Positions 31,014 to 43,551 are shown, counted from the first letter of the stretch. The stretch: 64,000 nucleotides of DNA from Hyaloraphidium curvatum SAG 235-1 (GCA_025558095.1 JAIVFI010000021.1:372001-436000), one strand, 5' to 3'. Program-made: numbers and translations. The notes: generated from the sequence alone by a model not told the origin.

Positions 31014-34000
31014 ATGACGAAGCCCGCTGGAAGACCCATTGCGGTTCAGCGCATGGGCTTAGCTCCTGTGGTGGAAACGTACCACACATGGTACACGGAG
31101 CTAGGACGGCCCGCTGATCTGAAGGATCCAGAATGCCGTGGGTTGAAGATGCTGCTGCCAACTCTGGCTTTTCTGCTGATTGGGTTTACAGCCGTTTGGG
31201 AATACGCCGCAAGGGGCATTCCGGTCTTCTACATGGCCCACCGATTCTACGACGTCGACGAGTCGCTATCGCTGTTCCTGAATAGGGATTGCAACAAGAA
31301 GTACGAGACTAAGCCGCATGCCCGGGTCGTCTTTTATCCGAAGGAGGTATGGAGCAGCTCGTTTGCCCTTTCCATGGATGCGCATCCCTGATCTCCTTTC
31401 GGTCACAGCATGCAGCATTTCTGGCTCCCAAGTCGGTCTCCCCTCGCATGACTGTGGCGTATTGGTGCTGATCTTCCCCCAGCGTCGTCGAACGAGCTAC
31501 AAAGAAGAAGGACAAGGTTTCTTTCTGGGTCCCGACCATCAGTGAGTTTCCAGTCGCATTTCCCCGAGCAGCTCTGACAGAAACTCCCAGCTGCCAAGCA
31601 TTACATCGACGCGGACTACACGTTGTTATACAACAGCATGGTCATCAAGTCTCTCGACGACGAAGAAGTGCTCGCGTTCTTCGACAAACATTGCACGAAG
31701 ACCTTTCCCGCAGGGCAAAGGAGGGTGAATTACCGGCCCAAGGACGTGAGTGCAGCTGCTCCAAGACATCATCCTTTACTCAGCGTCGCTTCATCCTCAT
31801 CGTCGCCTCTTCCCCTGCATCATTGTCTGGTTTTGAAGCCAACTGCGCCCACCCCAAGGTCTGGCTCGACAGTTCAGTTCTCTGTGCTTGGCAAAACTGA
31901 CGCATTCTTCCATCCACCATCTCCTGCATACCAGTGGCCTCAACCGAGCCCTGATTGATTTGCAGGATAGGCTTCCCAAGAATCGAAGGGAACGGCGCGA
32001 CGCGGGTCGCAGGGCAAGAACTCCAACGGAGCAGGAGACGGAGCAGGAGCCGCCCGCAGGTCAACAAGGTAGAGTAGATGCTTGCAGTGCAGTGCAAACG
32101 ACCTAACTTCTGCACCACCATCCGCAGCAGCTCGTATCGGGAACCCTCAAGCAGCTTCAGAAACGAACGAGCCGGCGCAGAGCGGTATAGTGCAACTAGG
32201 TGCAGCCATGCTGCACTACTGAGCCTTCCTCCGCCTTTCTCCGCTGCAGATGACTGGGAACTGCCCCACCCGTCGACGATCGCCATGCCCAACCCGTCCC
32301 CCACCCCCGCGCCGCAATTCAAGGCACGGCAGGTCGGCGACGGCCACGGTCGCACCAAGCCGTCGGAACCATGTGGGAATGCTCCGGCTCGTGCTTCCGG
32401 AGCCCGTCCTGGTGCGGCCACGGCCACGGACTTGGACTTGGACGACGACGACGACTTGAAGGCGGGTTTCAGTTAAGATTCGCTTCGTTTCGGATCCTCA
32501 TCCTAGTACAGATCGTGGACTGCGCGTCCGACACCAAGCCTCCTTCTTCGGCCGAAGCCAAGCCCACCAAGGCTAAGTCGAAACCCAAGACGACCAAGTC
32601 GGATATCGTTCACGTGGTAGGTGATGTCGGACTCTCGCGAGTTTGTGCGTGACTGGCTTGCATTTCCACAAAGCTCGACGATGACGAAGATCTTGTTGAT
32701 CACGTCGACCAAGCCAAGCAGGTCAACCAGGTGCTTGCTCACTTCCCCTTTGCGTATGCGGAAGACGCCGTCAAGATGTTGGCCAAGCACGGGACGGTGG
32801 ACGCCGCCATCAAGGCGCTTGAATTCGTAAGGTCCCGTTCGGCTCCAGCTATTCTGCGACCTGATGATTTGGGCAGGTCGAGTTGGACCGCGACGTGGCG
32901 CGACTGTACCACGAATTCGCGGCCATCTCAAATGAGCAAATTCAAGACCTAGTCGCTCGGTCTGACGGTGACCCCAGGGCTGCGAGGATGATGGTTGCGG
33001 AGCTAAAAGAGAGCCTGACAATGTCGAAGGTGAGGTTCATTCTCGCGCTCTGCAACCAGCAGCGGCCTCTGATGTCACGCCAAGGAGAAACCAAAGCACG
33101 TGGAAGTATTCGCAATCCCGGATTCGGAACCCGAGGAGCAGGAGCAGCCGGACGAGTTCGCGATCAACATGCAGGTAAGCACGATGTGCAACTGCACACG
33201 ATTATCCCGTGCTGACCTAATGCTACAGAAGAGCTTCGAGGACGAGGAGAAGCCTCTCGATGGACGTTCGATTGGCATGGTAAGCATGCGCGGTCACTTT
33301 CATGCACGTCCTTGCTTGGAGGATTCACGATCCATTGCAGAGAAGCAAACTCGAGCCTCTGAAGGAGGAGGAACAGCAGCAGACGATCAAGGGGAAGCAG
33401 CAGCAGACCTTCCTCGGTCAGATTGTCAAGCATGCGCGTGATCGGCAAACTACCACTCCAGCAGGTCTCAAGCCGAACTTTTTCAATGGCAAGTTCCATG
33501 GACTCTACGACAACGACGGCAAAGACTTGGAAGACATGGCAGACGAAGATTACCGGGAGGCGAGCAGGCTTCTTCTGTGCACGTCGTGCCTGCAACCATT
33601 GACCATCATCGGCACTTCAGATCAGCATGGACATTCGGGCGACGGTCGACGATATGGAGGAGGACGAAGAGGAGATTATTCGCCGCCGCTCTACGGTCCG
33701 GCCCTTTCTGCGACGTTCAAGGCAAGCTTCTAACAACTTCATTCTCCGGCAGAAGAAGCGGAAGATTTCGGCCTTGGACTCGGACGACGACGTCGACCTA
33801 CCGGCAGGTGACACATCACGTTGTTACTACCCTTTGCACTTCAGTTTGTGCTGACTCTTCTTCCCAAACAGTCACCGCAACGGCCGCGGATTCGAGTGTG
33901 TCTGCACAGGTAGCAGGTTTTGCTGGCAACTTGGCATCCGCGCGAGTGCTAACTGGCGCATGTGCTACAGGCGCCTCGAAAGAAGCAGCGAGGTCGGCCG

Positions 34001-37000
34001 AAAAAGACCGACAATGTCGACGGTGCCGAGAGCAAGAACAAGAAGAAACCCAACGGCCGGTATGAGCGCATCATAAAGGAAGACACTGAGGGTACGAACA
34101 AGCTGGGCTGGTCAATATGCTGCACTCATTCACCCCATGATCCATCCAGCTGGGCGAGGACAATACGCCTTCTGCAACTTGACCAAGTACGCGCTCGCAA
34201 GATTCATGGTTGACGCAGTCTCGAATGGATCAACCAAGGACGAGGCAGTTAAAGCCGCCTCCAACTTCTTCTTCGACGGCAAGGTCTCGCACTCGCAGCT
34301 TCTCATAGTTTACGGAGCCAACCAAGTGAGTTTCCCCTCTCATCTGTTGCGGCATCCTTTGAACAAGGCCTGTAATCCGGACAGTCCTCACCAATGACGT
34401 GGGAATCAGCGCAGACCCTGGCGCGCTGTCTTTACTGTCGCCAAGAGGTGCAGTTTATCGAAGATTTCTGGAGCTCTAGAGAAGACTTGAGGAAAAGAGT
34501 CGGCACAAGCAAGACAATTCCTCTGGACATTCGCCGTCAGCTCGTCACTTACATGCAAGACCGCCTACCATTCCAGTTTTCGATAAACGACGTGCGGTAC
34601 AGTAAATCCAAGCTGTTGAGGCCCAACCCCCAGGACTACGAGGAAGGCAGCTGGGCGGTGCTCAACATGGAGAATTTGTGCAGCTTTATGCAGGAGGAGC
34701 ACTTCAAGGAGACTCCGGAAGCACCGACCATTATCCTGCGCATCTCCAGCGAAGAATCCAAGGCCATCTTGGACACCTTCTGGAAGCAGGTCAAGGAGGT
34801 TCGCATGGACATCCCGTGAGTGCCAGCCCTCATCCAAGCCGTTATTGTCTAAGTCTGAGCTGGACAACAGTGAAATCCAGCAGGCTGCGTTTGAAGTGCA
34901 GGGCAATACCTTCTCGGACTTTGGAATCTCATGTCATCTGAACACGAAGACTGGCGGATTCAAGGCCAACTTGTCAGCGGACGATTATAAGAAAGCATAC
35001 AACGAAAGGTTGGCATCAAGTTGTGCACCATTGCTCCAGTGTTGACGTTTCGTCGTCGCCAGTCATTCCAAGGGCTTGAAAAGGTAAGCGCCATGGAAGC
35101 AGTCTCTCTGAGCCCGTTCTGAAGCCATCTGCCCCAGATACTATGCATCGGAAGCCGGACAAGCCAAGCAGAAGGAGAAAAACGCCAAGATCAGCGCGGG
35201 TCACCTGAAGTAAGGACGCACACGAGAGAACCGATGCGGCCGTTACTCACCCTCCTTGTAGGCATAATGCATCGGAGGCAGTTCAGGTGACCAAGGAGAA
35301 GAGAAGCGCCGGTCTCAAGAAGTGAGCAGCACACCAGCTTGGAGTCCCTTCGTCCCTGACTCGCATCTTCTCAGGTTTCATGCTTCGGAAGCCGGGCAGG
35401 TGGCCAGGGAAAAGTGGAGCAAGGACCGGCTTGAGTGAGCACGAGTCAAAGTCTAAGTTGCAAAGACCGCACCTGAGCTGTCTCGCTTCCACCTCAGGTA
35501 CTATGCAACCGAAGCAGGGAAGGAGTCAACTGAGAAGAGCCGTGCAGGCCTAAAGGAGTGAGTGAGCACGGCAAATTCGCGAGGCCGCACGCAAACAACT
35601 CAATGCCCAGGTATCATGCTTCGGAGAAAGCACGGGCCGTCAGGAAAGATGTGAACGAAAAGATCAGCTCGGGGCTTAAGAAGTGAGGAAACGGAACGCT
35701 CGCTCTGGCCTGCTTGACAGACATTCTTCATCGGGCCCTAGTACTACACTTCGGAGGCAGGGCAGGCTGCGAAGCCGCAGAGGATCCAAAGCCGTCGAGA
35801 GTGAGCAAGGAGAAGCCTCGATGAGCATGTGTTTGGCTGACCCTGTTCTGTTTCAGCTATTACGACACAGCAGCCGGACAAACTACGAAGGACAAGATCA
35901 GCAAAAGCCTTCGAGAGTGAGTGGCCAAGAAGAGCGTGGACTTTTAACTTACACCCACGTTAGGTTCAATCAATCTGCACAGGGCATCGTCAACCGTCTC
36001 CGACACTCCGCAAACATGAAGCTGTAAGTCTGATGGCGGCTTGACAAGCAGTTCAGTCTGCTAATCGCAACCCCAGGATGTGGTCAAGCATGAGCGACGA
36101 GGAACGAGACCAAGCAAGGGCGCGGCTTTACGTTCGTGGAGGTGGAAAGGTAGCACTCAACCTCCCTCCTGCCTAAAGACTGCTGATGACATCTTGCTCC
36201 CTAGCTCACCCCCATCACCATCACCGTGGACGGCGACGACATTACCTGTTTCGTCGCCGGCTGGGAGGGCAGGACGCTGTCCTTCTTCGAGTTCCTGCTC
36301 GGTGAAGGCTTTGCTGAGCTGCATGTCAAGAATGACCTCTATCTCCCCGGGACCTCCGAGGAGATCAACACGAGGGTCCCGAGATCGTTTGATGAGCACC
36401 GAACGGCCTATACTTCCTACACCCTCGATGACGAGATGTTCGGGCACCGACTTGATCATCAGGTGAGTCGGAGGTACGACGATGCATATGTTTGAATCTA
36501 ACGTAATGCATGATCAGGTCTCCGGGAACGTTGTGCCTCTGCTCCAGAAGCTCCTTGGTGCAACGACCGAGCAAGAAGTCCGCAAGCGCCTTCTCCCTAG
36601 CCTCTCGAGCCTCGGACTGGCCCACAACTTCGATCTTTCGCAAGCTCAGTGGGAGACGAAATGTCTCTTTCAAGTGGTGCGAGGTGGAGCCCGAGGCGTA
36701 CAAGTCTTCTGGGAAAAGGGCGCCGGGGCTATTCGGCAGCTTCGGCAGCCATACTTTGCGATCGATTGGGCTCACAAGAGTGCTTACATCGCTGTGCCAA
36801 CCATCTACGAGGGGGAGAAGGTGTGGGAGGTGCTGGCAATCATCCTTGACAGCGACTTCCTGGCTACCCCTGATAACATCCGGTCTGTTCGACTATCGTC
36901 TCCGTTGAGATCTTTTGCTCACAGTCATTTCAGAACGTTTCGCCAACACGGCCGATATCTGGAGAACCGCTGCGACAAGGAGGTGATCGCAGTCCCCAAG

Positions 37001-37606
37001 ATCTTCCTCAACGAGGTCGCGGCGCAGACGGCCGGCGTGCACGAGCAGACCCCGCTCGAATGGGCACTTGAGGGCTGCCCGGGCGTGCCTCCCGACCGGC
37101 GCCCCAAGATCATTCGCATGGACGGTCTCTTTGCCGCGTGCCCCGTCAACGACCGTGCTCGCCGCGTCGTTCGGGCCAAGGCCATGAACCCCAGGACCAT
37201 GCGAGTCGTGTTGGAAGAGGCAGAGGGAGAGGGAAGGGGCGCGAGTGAGGAGCAGCTCATGGGCGAGGAGCAGGGCGAGCGCGAGGGCAGGGAGCAGGGC
37301 GAGCGCGAGGGCGAGGAGCAGATCGAAAGCGACTTCGAGGAGCAGTCCGAGGGCGGGAAGGAGTTCGACCCCGAGGAGCAGTTCGATTTCGAGGAGCAGT
37401 TGGGCGGGGAGCAGTTCGATTTCGAGGAGCAGTTGGGCGGGGAGCAGTTCGATTTCGAGGAGCAGTTGGGCGGGGAGGAGTTCGACTCCGAGGGGGAGCA
37501 GGGCGGGGAGGAGTTCGACTCCGAGGACGAGTTCGACACCGGGGACTTGGGAGAACCTCGGCGATCTGTACTAGAAGCCAATGAGAGACCACTGGTGCTG
37601 TACTAG
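31014..37606 (+). CDS. Large multi-exon orphan gene: CUE/UBA-like helices, AT-hook, exon-encoded NUMOD3-like repeat array, novel globular domains, acidic repeat tail
   Basis: More than 20 short GT-AG introns link the + strand ORF fragments. VLAHFPF...AVKMLAKHGTVDAAI and LYHEFAAISNEQIQDLVARSDGD are CUE-like, RGRPKK lies at ~33989 and the repeat exons span 35138-36149. It may be two genes. Confidence 0.6.
35138..36149 (+). repeat. Tandem array of symmetric phase-2 exons (60/72 nt) separated by dissimilar 47-63 nt introns
   Basis: Exons 35138-35209 (72), 35262-35321 (60), 35375-35434 (60), 35498-35557 (60), 35611-35682 (72), 35742-35800 (59), 35857-35916 (60), 35964-36023 (60) and cap exon 36077-36149. 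All are flanked by YAG and GT donors. Confidence 0.9.
37376..37530 (+). repeat. 33-nt coding minisatellite (EQFDFEEQLGG)
   Basis: GAGCAGTTCGATTTCGAGGAGCAGTTGGGCGGG occurs three times perfectly at 37376-37474, with degenerate flanking copies. Confidence 0.9.
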
Positions 37607-37828
37607 GTGCAGAGGCAAGAGTATTGGTCTTGATTCGGACCATGAGGAATGAAAGAGAGTCCATGGAATCCCGTCCATTATGAAACAATAGGCTCCCTTC
37701 CGAGGCACAACCCCGATGTCAAAGGGCGAGAACAATTCCCGTCCGGCCTCGATGCTCAATCGAGGGAGCCCGCACGTGGCGTCCACAACGCAGACATCAT
37801 CCAGAGAAGCGTCTGGAAAGTGGAAAGC

Positions 37829-38131
37829 TCAACGTTCTAGTAGCCCGGAGAGTCCGTCTCCGAGCGCCTTCTTGAACATGGCCTTGCCTCGGTCCGATTC
37901 GAAGGCAATGAGATGGGGCGGCAGGGGTCGGCGATAAAACGTGCGCGCAAGGAGCTCCGCTGCAACATTGGCAGGCGAGCGCTGCTTAGGCGACGGCGGC
38001 GGCGACGGCGGCGATGGCTTCGGAACGGGGCTCGGGAGCTGCGGCGCCCCTTTGCGGATCATTGTCTGTGTCTGCCCGCCGGAAGCCTGCCGCCGCATCG
38101 CAGGCACCGGCTGCGCGACACGATGAGCCAT
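37829..38131 (-). pseudogene. Phytochelatin synthase 5' fragment
   Basis: ARTFYRRPLPPHLIAFESDRGKAMFKKALGDG matches the PCS N-terminus and is followed by a stop. No catalytic Cys region follows. Confidence 0.8.
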
Positions 38132-38354
38132 CGCTGAGCACACCGTGACCGCCGTACGGTGCTTCATGGCCGAGAGAGGGCGAGCGGTTGTGGAACCCGA
38201 CGATGACTGATCGGAAATCGGAACCCACACAAGTCCAACGCGCCATCAACTTCCGTCACTCGGAAGCAAGTCGAAGAGACGTCCGAAACGCAGCAAACGG
38301 ACTACAACAGCGGCGCGGAACACATGATCGCCTCCCTTTGCGCGATACAACTGC

Positions 38355-40774
38355 CTAGATCCCCCCGTTGGCCTTCTCCTCCTCCCCATCTTTCACCTCC
38401 TCCGTTGTTTCGCCCACAGCGCGCTCACTGTGGATCCGCTCGCGCTCATCGTACCAGTTCCAGTCATCCATGATGCACGTCTTGGAGCGGTACTCGCTGA
38501 AGATCCGGAGCATCTCACGGCCAACGTCCGGAGGAAGCTCCTGCGTGTCGCGCGAGTTCGTCACGGGCTTGTTCTCGTTCGATCTGGGAAGGGGTGTCAG
38601 CCGCCCTCGAACTGGCAATCGATTCTCGAACGACTCACGCGACGCGCAGGTGCCTCAGGGCACCGTTGGGCACGTCCTTGACAAAGATCCACTTGACCCC
38701 GAACACCCCTTTCCACTTGCCGTCCTGGGCCCAGACGCTCGAGTTCTTGTTCCAATCCACGCGCGTCAGCATTTCCGCGACGCCGCAAAAATGTCCCGAA
38801 GCGTTGACCGAGTAGAAGAGATAAATTGGGCCCACCCCGTGGTTCTCCATGAATGCTGCGTCGAGGCGGCGGTTTCCGATCTCGGTCGAGGCCCAGATGG
38901 AGTACTTTAGCGACTTGTGAACGTCGTCCTCCGTGTAGGATTTGATGACGAAGAACTTGGCCTGCAGAGTGGGAAACAATGGTCAAGGTGACCCAAACAC
39001 ATCGATTCCTGCTGCCGATGGTACTCACGGCAGACGGCTTGGTGTTGAAGACTTTGGGATTAATCCCCCGCTCGGCAAACATCTCGGAAGTCTTCGTCTT
39101 CGCATCATCCGTGCGCCTGGGACCCACCGTCAGCACGGGACCCGTGGCAGCAGTGGTCCTTGAAGCCATCGAAGCCCAGGAAGACGGAGCCGTCCTAGGT
39201 GCCGGGATAGCGCCATTGGTGGCGGCCACCCGTGTCGCAGGCGCAGCAGTAGGCGCGACGACCTTTTCCGCAGGCTTGGGGGGATTCTTTGCGATGGCAG
39301 CCCAGGACATTGGCTTCTTGGAATCCGGCGCCCCGGTGCCTTCAGCGACTTCGGGGACTTCCGCTGCTGCCACCAAAGTCCCCGTCGCAGCTGTCGGGGC
39401 AATAGAAGACGCGGGAACAGTGATAGCGCCGTCCTTATCCCGCGGTCGTCCCGTGCCGGAAACTCGCGTCGAGGCAGAAGAGTCGATTCCAATCTCTTCC
39501 AGGCCCTCCGCTAGGTTCTGCACTGAAGCACTGACGTCCGGAGCAAATGGACCATCCCCCGTAGCAATCGTGCCGCCGAGGGACCCGATCGAAGTGCCCC
39601 AGGAGGGCAACTGGAAAACGGCATCCCCATTGGCTGACAGCGGCCCGCTCGCAAGCTCCGCCGCCGGCGGCCCGGACGCAAGCGGCACTTCTGGCGCCGG
39701 AAACTTTTCGGGAGCAGATAGAACATTGATGTCCGCGAGCGAGCCGGTCCGCGCGGAGAAGGGAGGTGCGGAAGTGGCCACCGACGGGCCAAGGCCTGGC
39801 GGAGGTCCCGAGGTCACGCCAGATGCGGCTGCCATTGAACCGGTCGGCCCCATGGGAGCGGCTCCCGCAAGCAACTGGTTGGCGGACAGGGTCGTGCGTG
39901 CGTCGTCGGCAGAAATGACGCCCGTGCCGAGCCCGCCAAGTAGGTCATCCAAACCGAACCTTGCCTCGTAGTCTTTCCATTCGATTTGGTCCTCTTCGTG
40001 AGTGCTGGCGCCGACTCCAGCAGCTCCCCCCTGCGCATCGAGAGCGGCATCTGACTTGAGACCACCGCGAGCCCCGTCCGCACCGTAATAGGACGGGTAG
40101 TCCACCCCGCCGAAGAAAACGCTCGCGCCGAAAGGTGACACCTGTTTGCCTGGCGCCACGCCGGTTGCGTCTGATCCAGGAGCCGCGACTTCGGCGCCGC
40201 TGCCGGAGGCAGCAGCGGAAGCAGACCCCCTTTCGGTGTTTGTGGCCGGCCCCTTGAAACCGCCTTCGATCTCAACGTCCAAGCCTTCCGCAGGAGAAGC
40301 GACCGGCGATGCGGCCTCGCGGTCGAGCTTCGGCGAAAGAGGCCCTTCAGGCGGCGAAGCCAGATCAGAAGGGGGCGCTGCATGCTTTACCCCGCCGGAA
40401 GCGTCTTGCTGGGCACCGGCTTTGCTGAGCGCGGCGGCCGCGAGCGCCTGAGCGTGCGGACCTGCTTGGCCCTGCGCCTGCGGCACCGCGGGATACGCGG
40501 CGGCGAACGGCGATCCATAGGGGGAGCCGTACACCGCGTAGGCGGCCTGCGAGGGGTACTGCTGCGCGTACTGCTGGCCGTAGCCAAAGTAGCCGTCCCA
40601 TCCGGCGGGCGCGGCTACCGGCGCGCCGGCGAAGCCGCCGTAGTAGCCCGACGCCGGCAGCACGTACGCTCCGTAGCCCGACGGCGGCGCGTAGCCGTAG
40701 ACATCGCCCCACGCCGCGGCAGCCGCGGGCCGCCCGCGCGGCGCGCCGGGCGCGTGGGGCGGCGGCGCGGACAT
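38355..40774 (-). CDS. YTH-domain m6A RNA reader (YTHDF/Pho92-like)
   Basis: [50 protein letters not shown] and [14 protein letters not shown]. Tyr/Gly/Pro/Gln-rich N-terminus, SWAAIA motif and two introns. Confidence 0.95.
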
Positions 40775-41392
40775 TGGATCTGCGCGCTGTCGCCGCTGAT
40801 GCTTGCTGTCTGCGGGTGCGTCGGACGTGCAACCGCGCCCCTTTTGCTAGCAGCCTGCGCAGGCGTTGATCATGCAATCATGCGACCGATGCCCTCTCTC
40901 TTCATATCCACCCTCCTTCCCCCCCGCCTCCAGCATCCTTCTTCTTCTCCTATATTCGAGGACTGTGCCGTATCAATCCATTCGTCAAAGCACGCATCCA
41001 ATCGTGCTTCCAATCGTCCATCGCTGATCGACAGCGATCTCATAGCTCGACAGAGCGGGGCAACGACTGATTAATCATCCACGATCATCTCCGATTAGAA
41101 TCCAGACGAAGGTTGCTGCGCATAATTGAAACGCTGACGAGAGCAGCAGGGGAGGGGAGAAGGGAGGGACGCCCCCGAGCCGAAGGGGCATCCGATCACC
41201 ACCCCAACGTCACGACGTACTGCCGAGCGCTACACAGGCGCAGATTCAAGACTGCCGTCAGTTGTTAGTTGCCGGAAGCAGACCACACCTTCTCTCTTCG
41301 GTCTCCGCGGAAGGCAGCGCTCCAGAGCAATCCATTGCCCGCGATTCTGCCCCTTGGACTCTCGTTATGCTGCCTTGCCCCAGGTGGCTCTG

Positions 41393-43468
41393 ATGGCCAC
41401 GCCACCATCGCTCTTTTCGACCGTTCCGGTACCGGCGCTGTTGGAGGGACTCGTGCAAGTACCGACGATGGCGCCAGCCGCGGGGGTTGCCACCGCGGAG
41501 CTTCTTGCGGTGGAGGAGGGCCGTCGCAAACGCGCTGAATACCGATGCATCAAAGTTATTGGCTCCGGCACCCAAGGCACAGTGAAGCTGGCGGTTCACC
41601 TGCCCACGGGCCTCGAGGTTGCGTTGAAATCCGTGCGCAAGCCGCACGGCACCGGGCGGGCAAAATCGCAGCGCGAGACCACGGCAAACGAGGTCCGGCG
41701 CGAGGTTGCGATTCTGCGCTCGTTCAACCACGAGCATCTGTGCCGGTTCATCGACGCTTTCGAGACCAACAGCAAATTCTACATTTCGATGGCGCTCTGC
41801 ACCGGAGGGTCGCTTTTTGAGCGGATCCAGACGCTCGGCTTCTTTGATGAGACTGCTGCAGCGGTTTGCGTGGCCACGATCGTCAATGCAGTCATGTACC
41901 TACATGATCATGGTATTGCGCACAGGTTAGTCTGTCGCGGTGCGGCTGTTCTTTCTCGGCTTAGTCTTTTCTGTGCCTCCATTTGCGCAGGGATCTCAAG
42001 CCCGAAAACCTTCTGTTTCGGGACAAAAGCCCCAACAGTCCCCTGATTCTCGTTGACTTTGGCGTTGCTGGGGTCTCGCGTTCCAAGTCCGATGACCAAG
42101 GAATGCGCACGATCGCGGGCACGCCCTTTTTCTTGGCCCCGGAGCTAGTCACGGGGTCCAACAATAGGACCTACACCAATAAAATCGACATCTGGAGCAT
42201 AGGTGGTGAGTTCAAATGATTCCGCGTCGACCACACTACAGCTTCAGTGCCCCAGTGATCACGTACCAGCTCCTCGTCGGCACGACGCCATTCCAGGATT
42301 CGCAGTCTTTCGGGGAGCTCTGTGAGGTGTTGTTCCGTCCTATTCATTCGTTACTCACATCTCGTCCGCAGATCGACGTATCAGCACGGCACAGTTCGAC
42401 ATTCCCACGAGCTCACCGCTCTCCCCCCTGGCCCGCGACTTTATTCGCACCCTCCTGCAACCTAATCCCGACTTGCGGCCCACCGCATACCAAGCTCTTC
42501 GTCACCCATGGATCATGGCCTACTGCCCGCGATCGTACATCCTCTTGTTGGGGGAATTCAACGTGGAAGCTGACCCTGCAATGTATGCCAATGCCGCCTG
42601 GGATGGCAAACCGCCAGATCCCGAAGATCCCGACGTTGCCGGAGCCGAACGATGGCTAGGACCACAAATTCTGCCGACTGATGAAGGCGAGACGGGAACT
42701 AATCTTCTGGAGTACTTGGCTCATCGAGCCGCGCGGGCCGACGGGCTGCCTGCGCAGGAGGTGCCCTTTAGTCAGCCCAACTTGCTCTCATCGGGCCGGC
42801 TTCCACTGGCCGGCACCGGGGAGCTTTTGGGGAGCAACTGGCTACATGATGCAGATAGCGGCGTCGCACGCACGGACAGCGCGACATCGGTTGAAAGCAG
42901 TGCGAGCAGCGGCGCGGGCGATTCCAGCCAGACTCTCGGTAGCAGTCCCCTTCTTAGTGGCGCTGCTTCGTCGGATGGTCTTCAGATTGCGGTCTACGGA
43001 AGTTCGCCCAGCGCACTCTCCGGGCAGCCAGAAACGCTGTGGGACATGTTGACCACGCGCCGGGACAGCAAACGTCGCCAACACACGTTGGGCGGTCTGA
43101 ACTCCGGCATGGATGCAATGAAGCGAGAGCTTGAGCGGGCGCCGAAACCCAGGAACGAAACGGACATCTTTGTTCCGGATAGCACGGTGCACGATGGGCG
43201 ATCATTAGGATCGCGCTTTGCAAGCCTGCCGCGGCGTGCTAGGCACACCAGCACCCCGCCGGCGGGTGCCGACGAGTCAGGGGCCGACGTCGCGATCAGG
43301 ATGAGATCTCTGGGGGACATTTCGGACCTCAGGTGTGCTGCAGAGCCCGATGTCAGCGGTACAACAAATGACCCGGGGATGGACTCCGCGCCGACCCCTT
43401 CGGCTCAGGCCAGGATGCGCAAAATGATTGGACTAATGGCTTCCGAAGGTGTTGCACGGCAAGGGTAG
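41393..43468 (+). CDS. Calcium/calmodulin-dependent protein kinase-like (CMK-type)
   Basis: IGSGTQGTV, VALK, TGGSLFERI, HR/DLKPENLL, DFG, AGTPFFLAPE and DIWSIG. Several introns; the start may lie further upstream. Confidence 0.9.
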
Positions 43469-43551
43469 ATGCAAGACAGGCTGTGGTGTCTACTAAATGA
43501 TTTGTGCGCCCGGATGGCACCATTACACTCTGATTCACGCTCGAGAGAAAA

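Larger units (their letters stand above)
26690..37620. mobile_element. Accessory island or decayed DNA-transposon-like region between PCS copies (boundaries approximate)
   Basis: Contains only orphan genes. Hairpins at 26707-26723 and 27785-27820, direct repeats at 27841/27887 and long gene-free stretches at 29600-31000. The right end abuts a broken PCS 5' fragment. No transposase, TIR pair or TSD identified. Confidence 0.35.

Noticed and set aside
35138-36023. Repeat-spacer periodicity (~110-130 nt) resembling a CRISPR array
   Set aside because: The repeats are degenerate, conserved at protein level and bounded by AG/GT splice sites. The 'spacers' are introns, and there are no cas genes.
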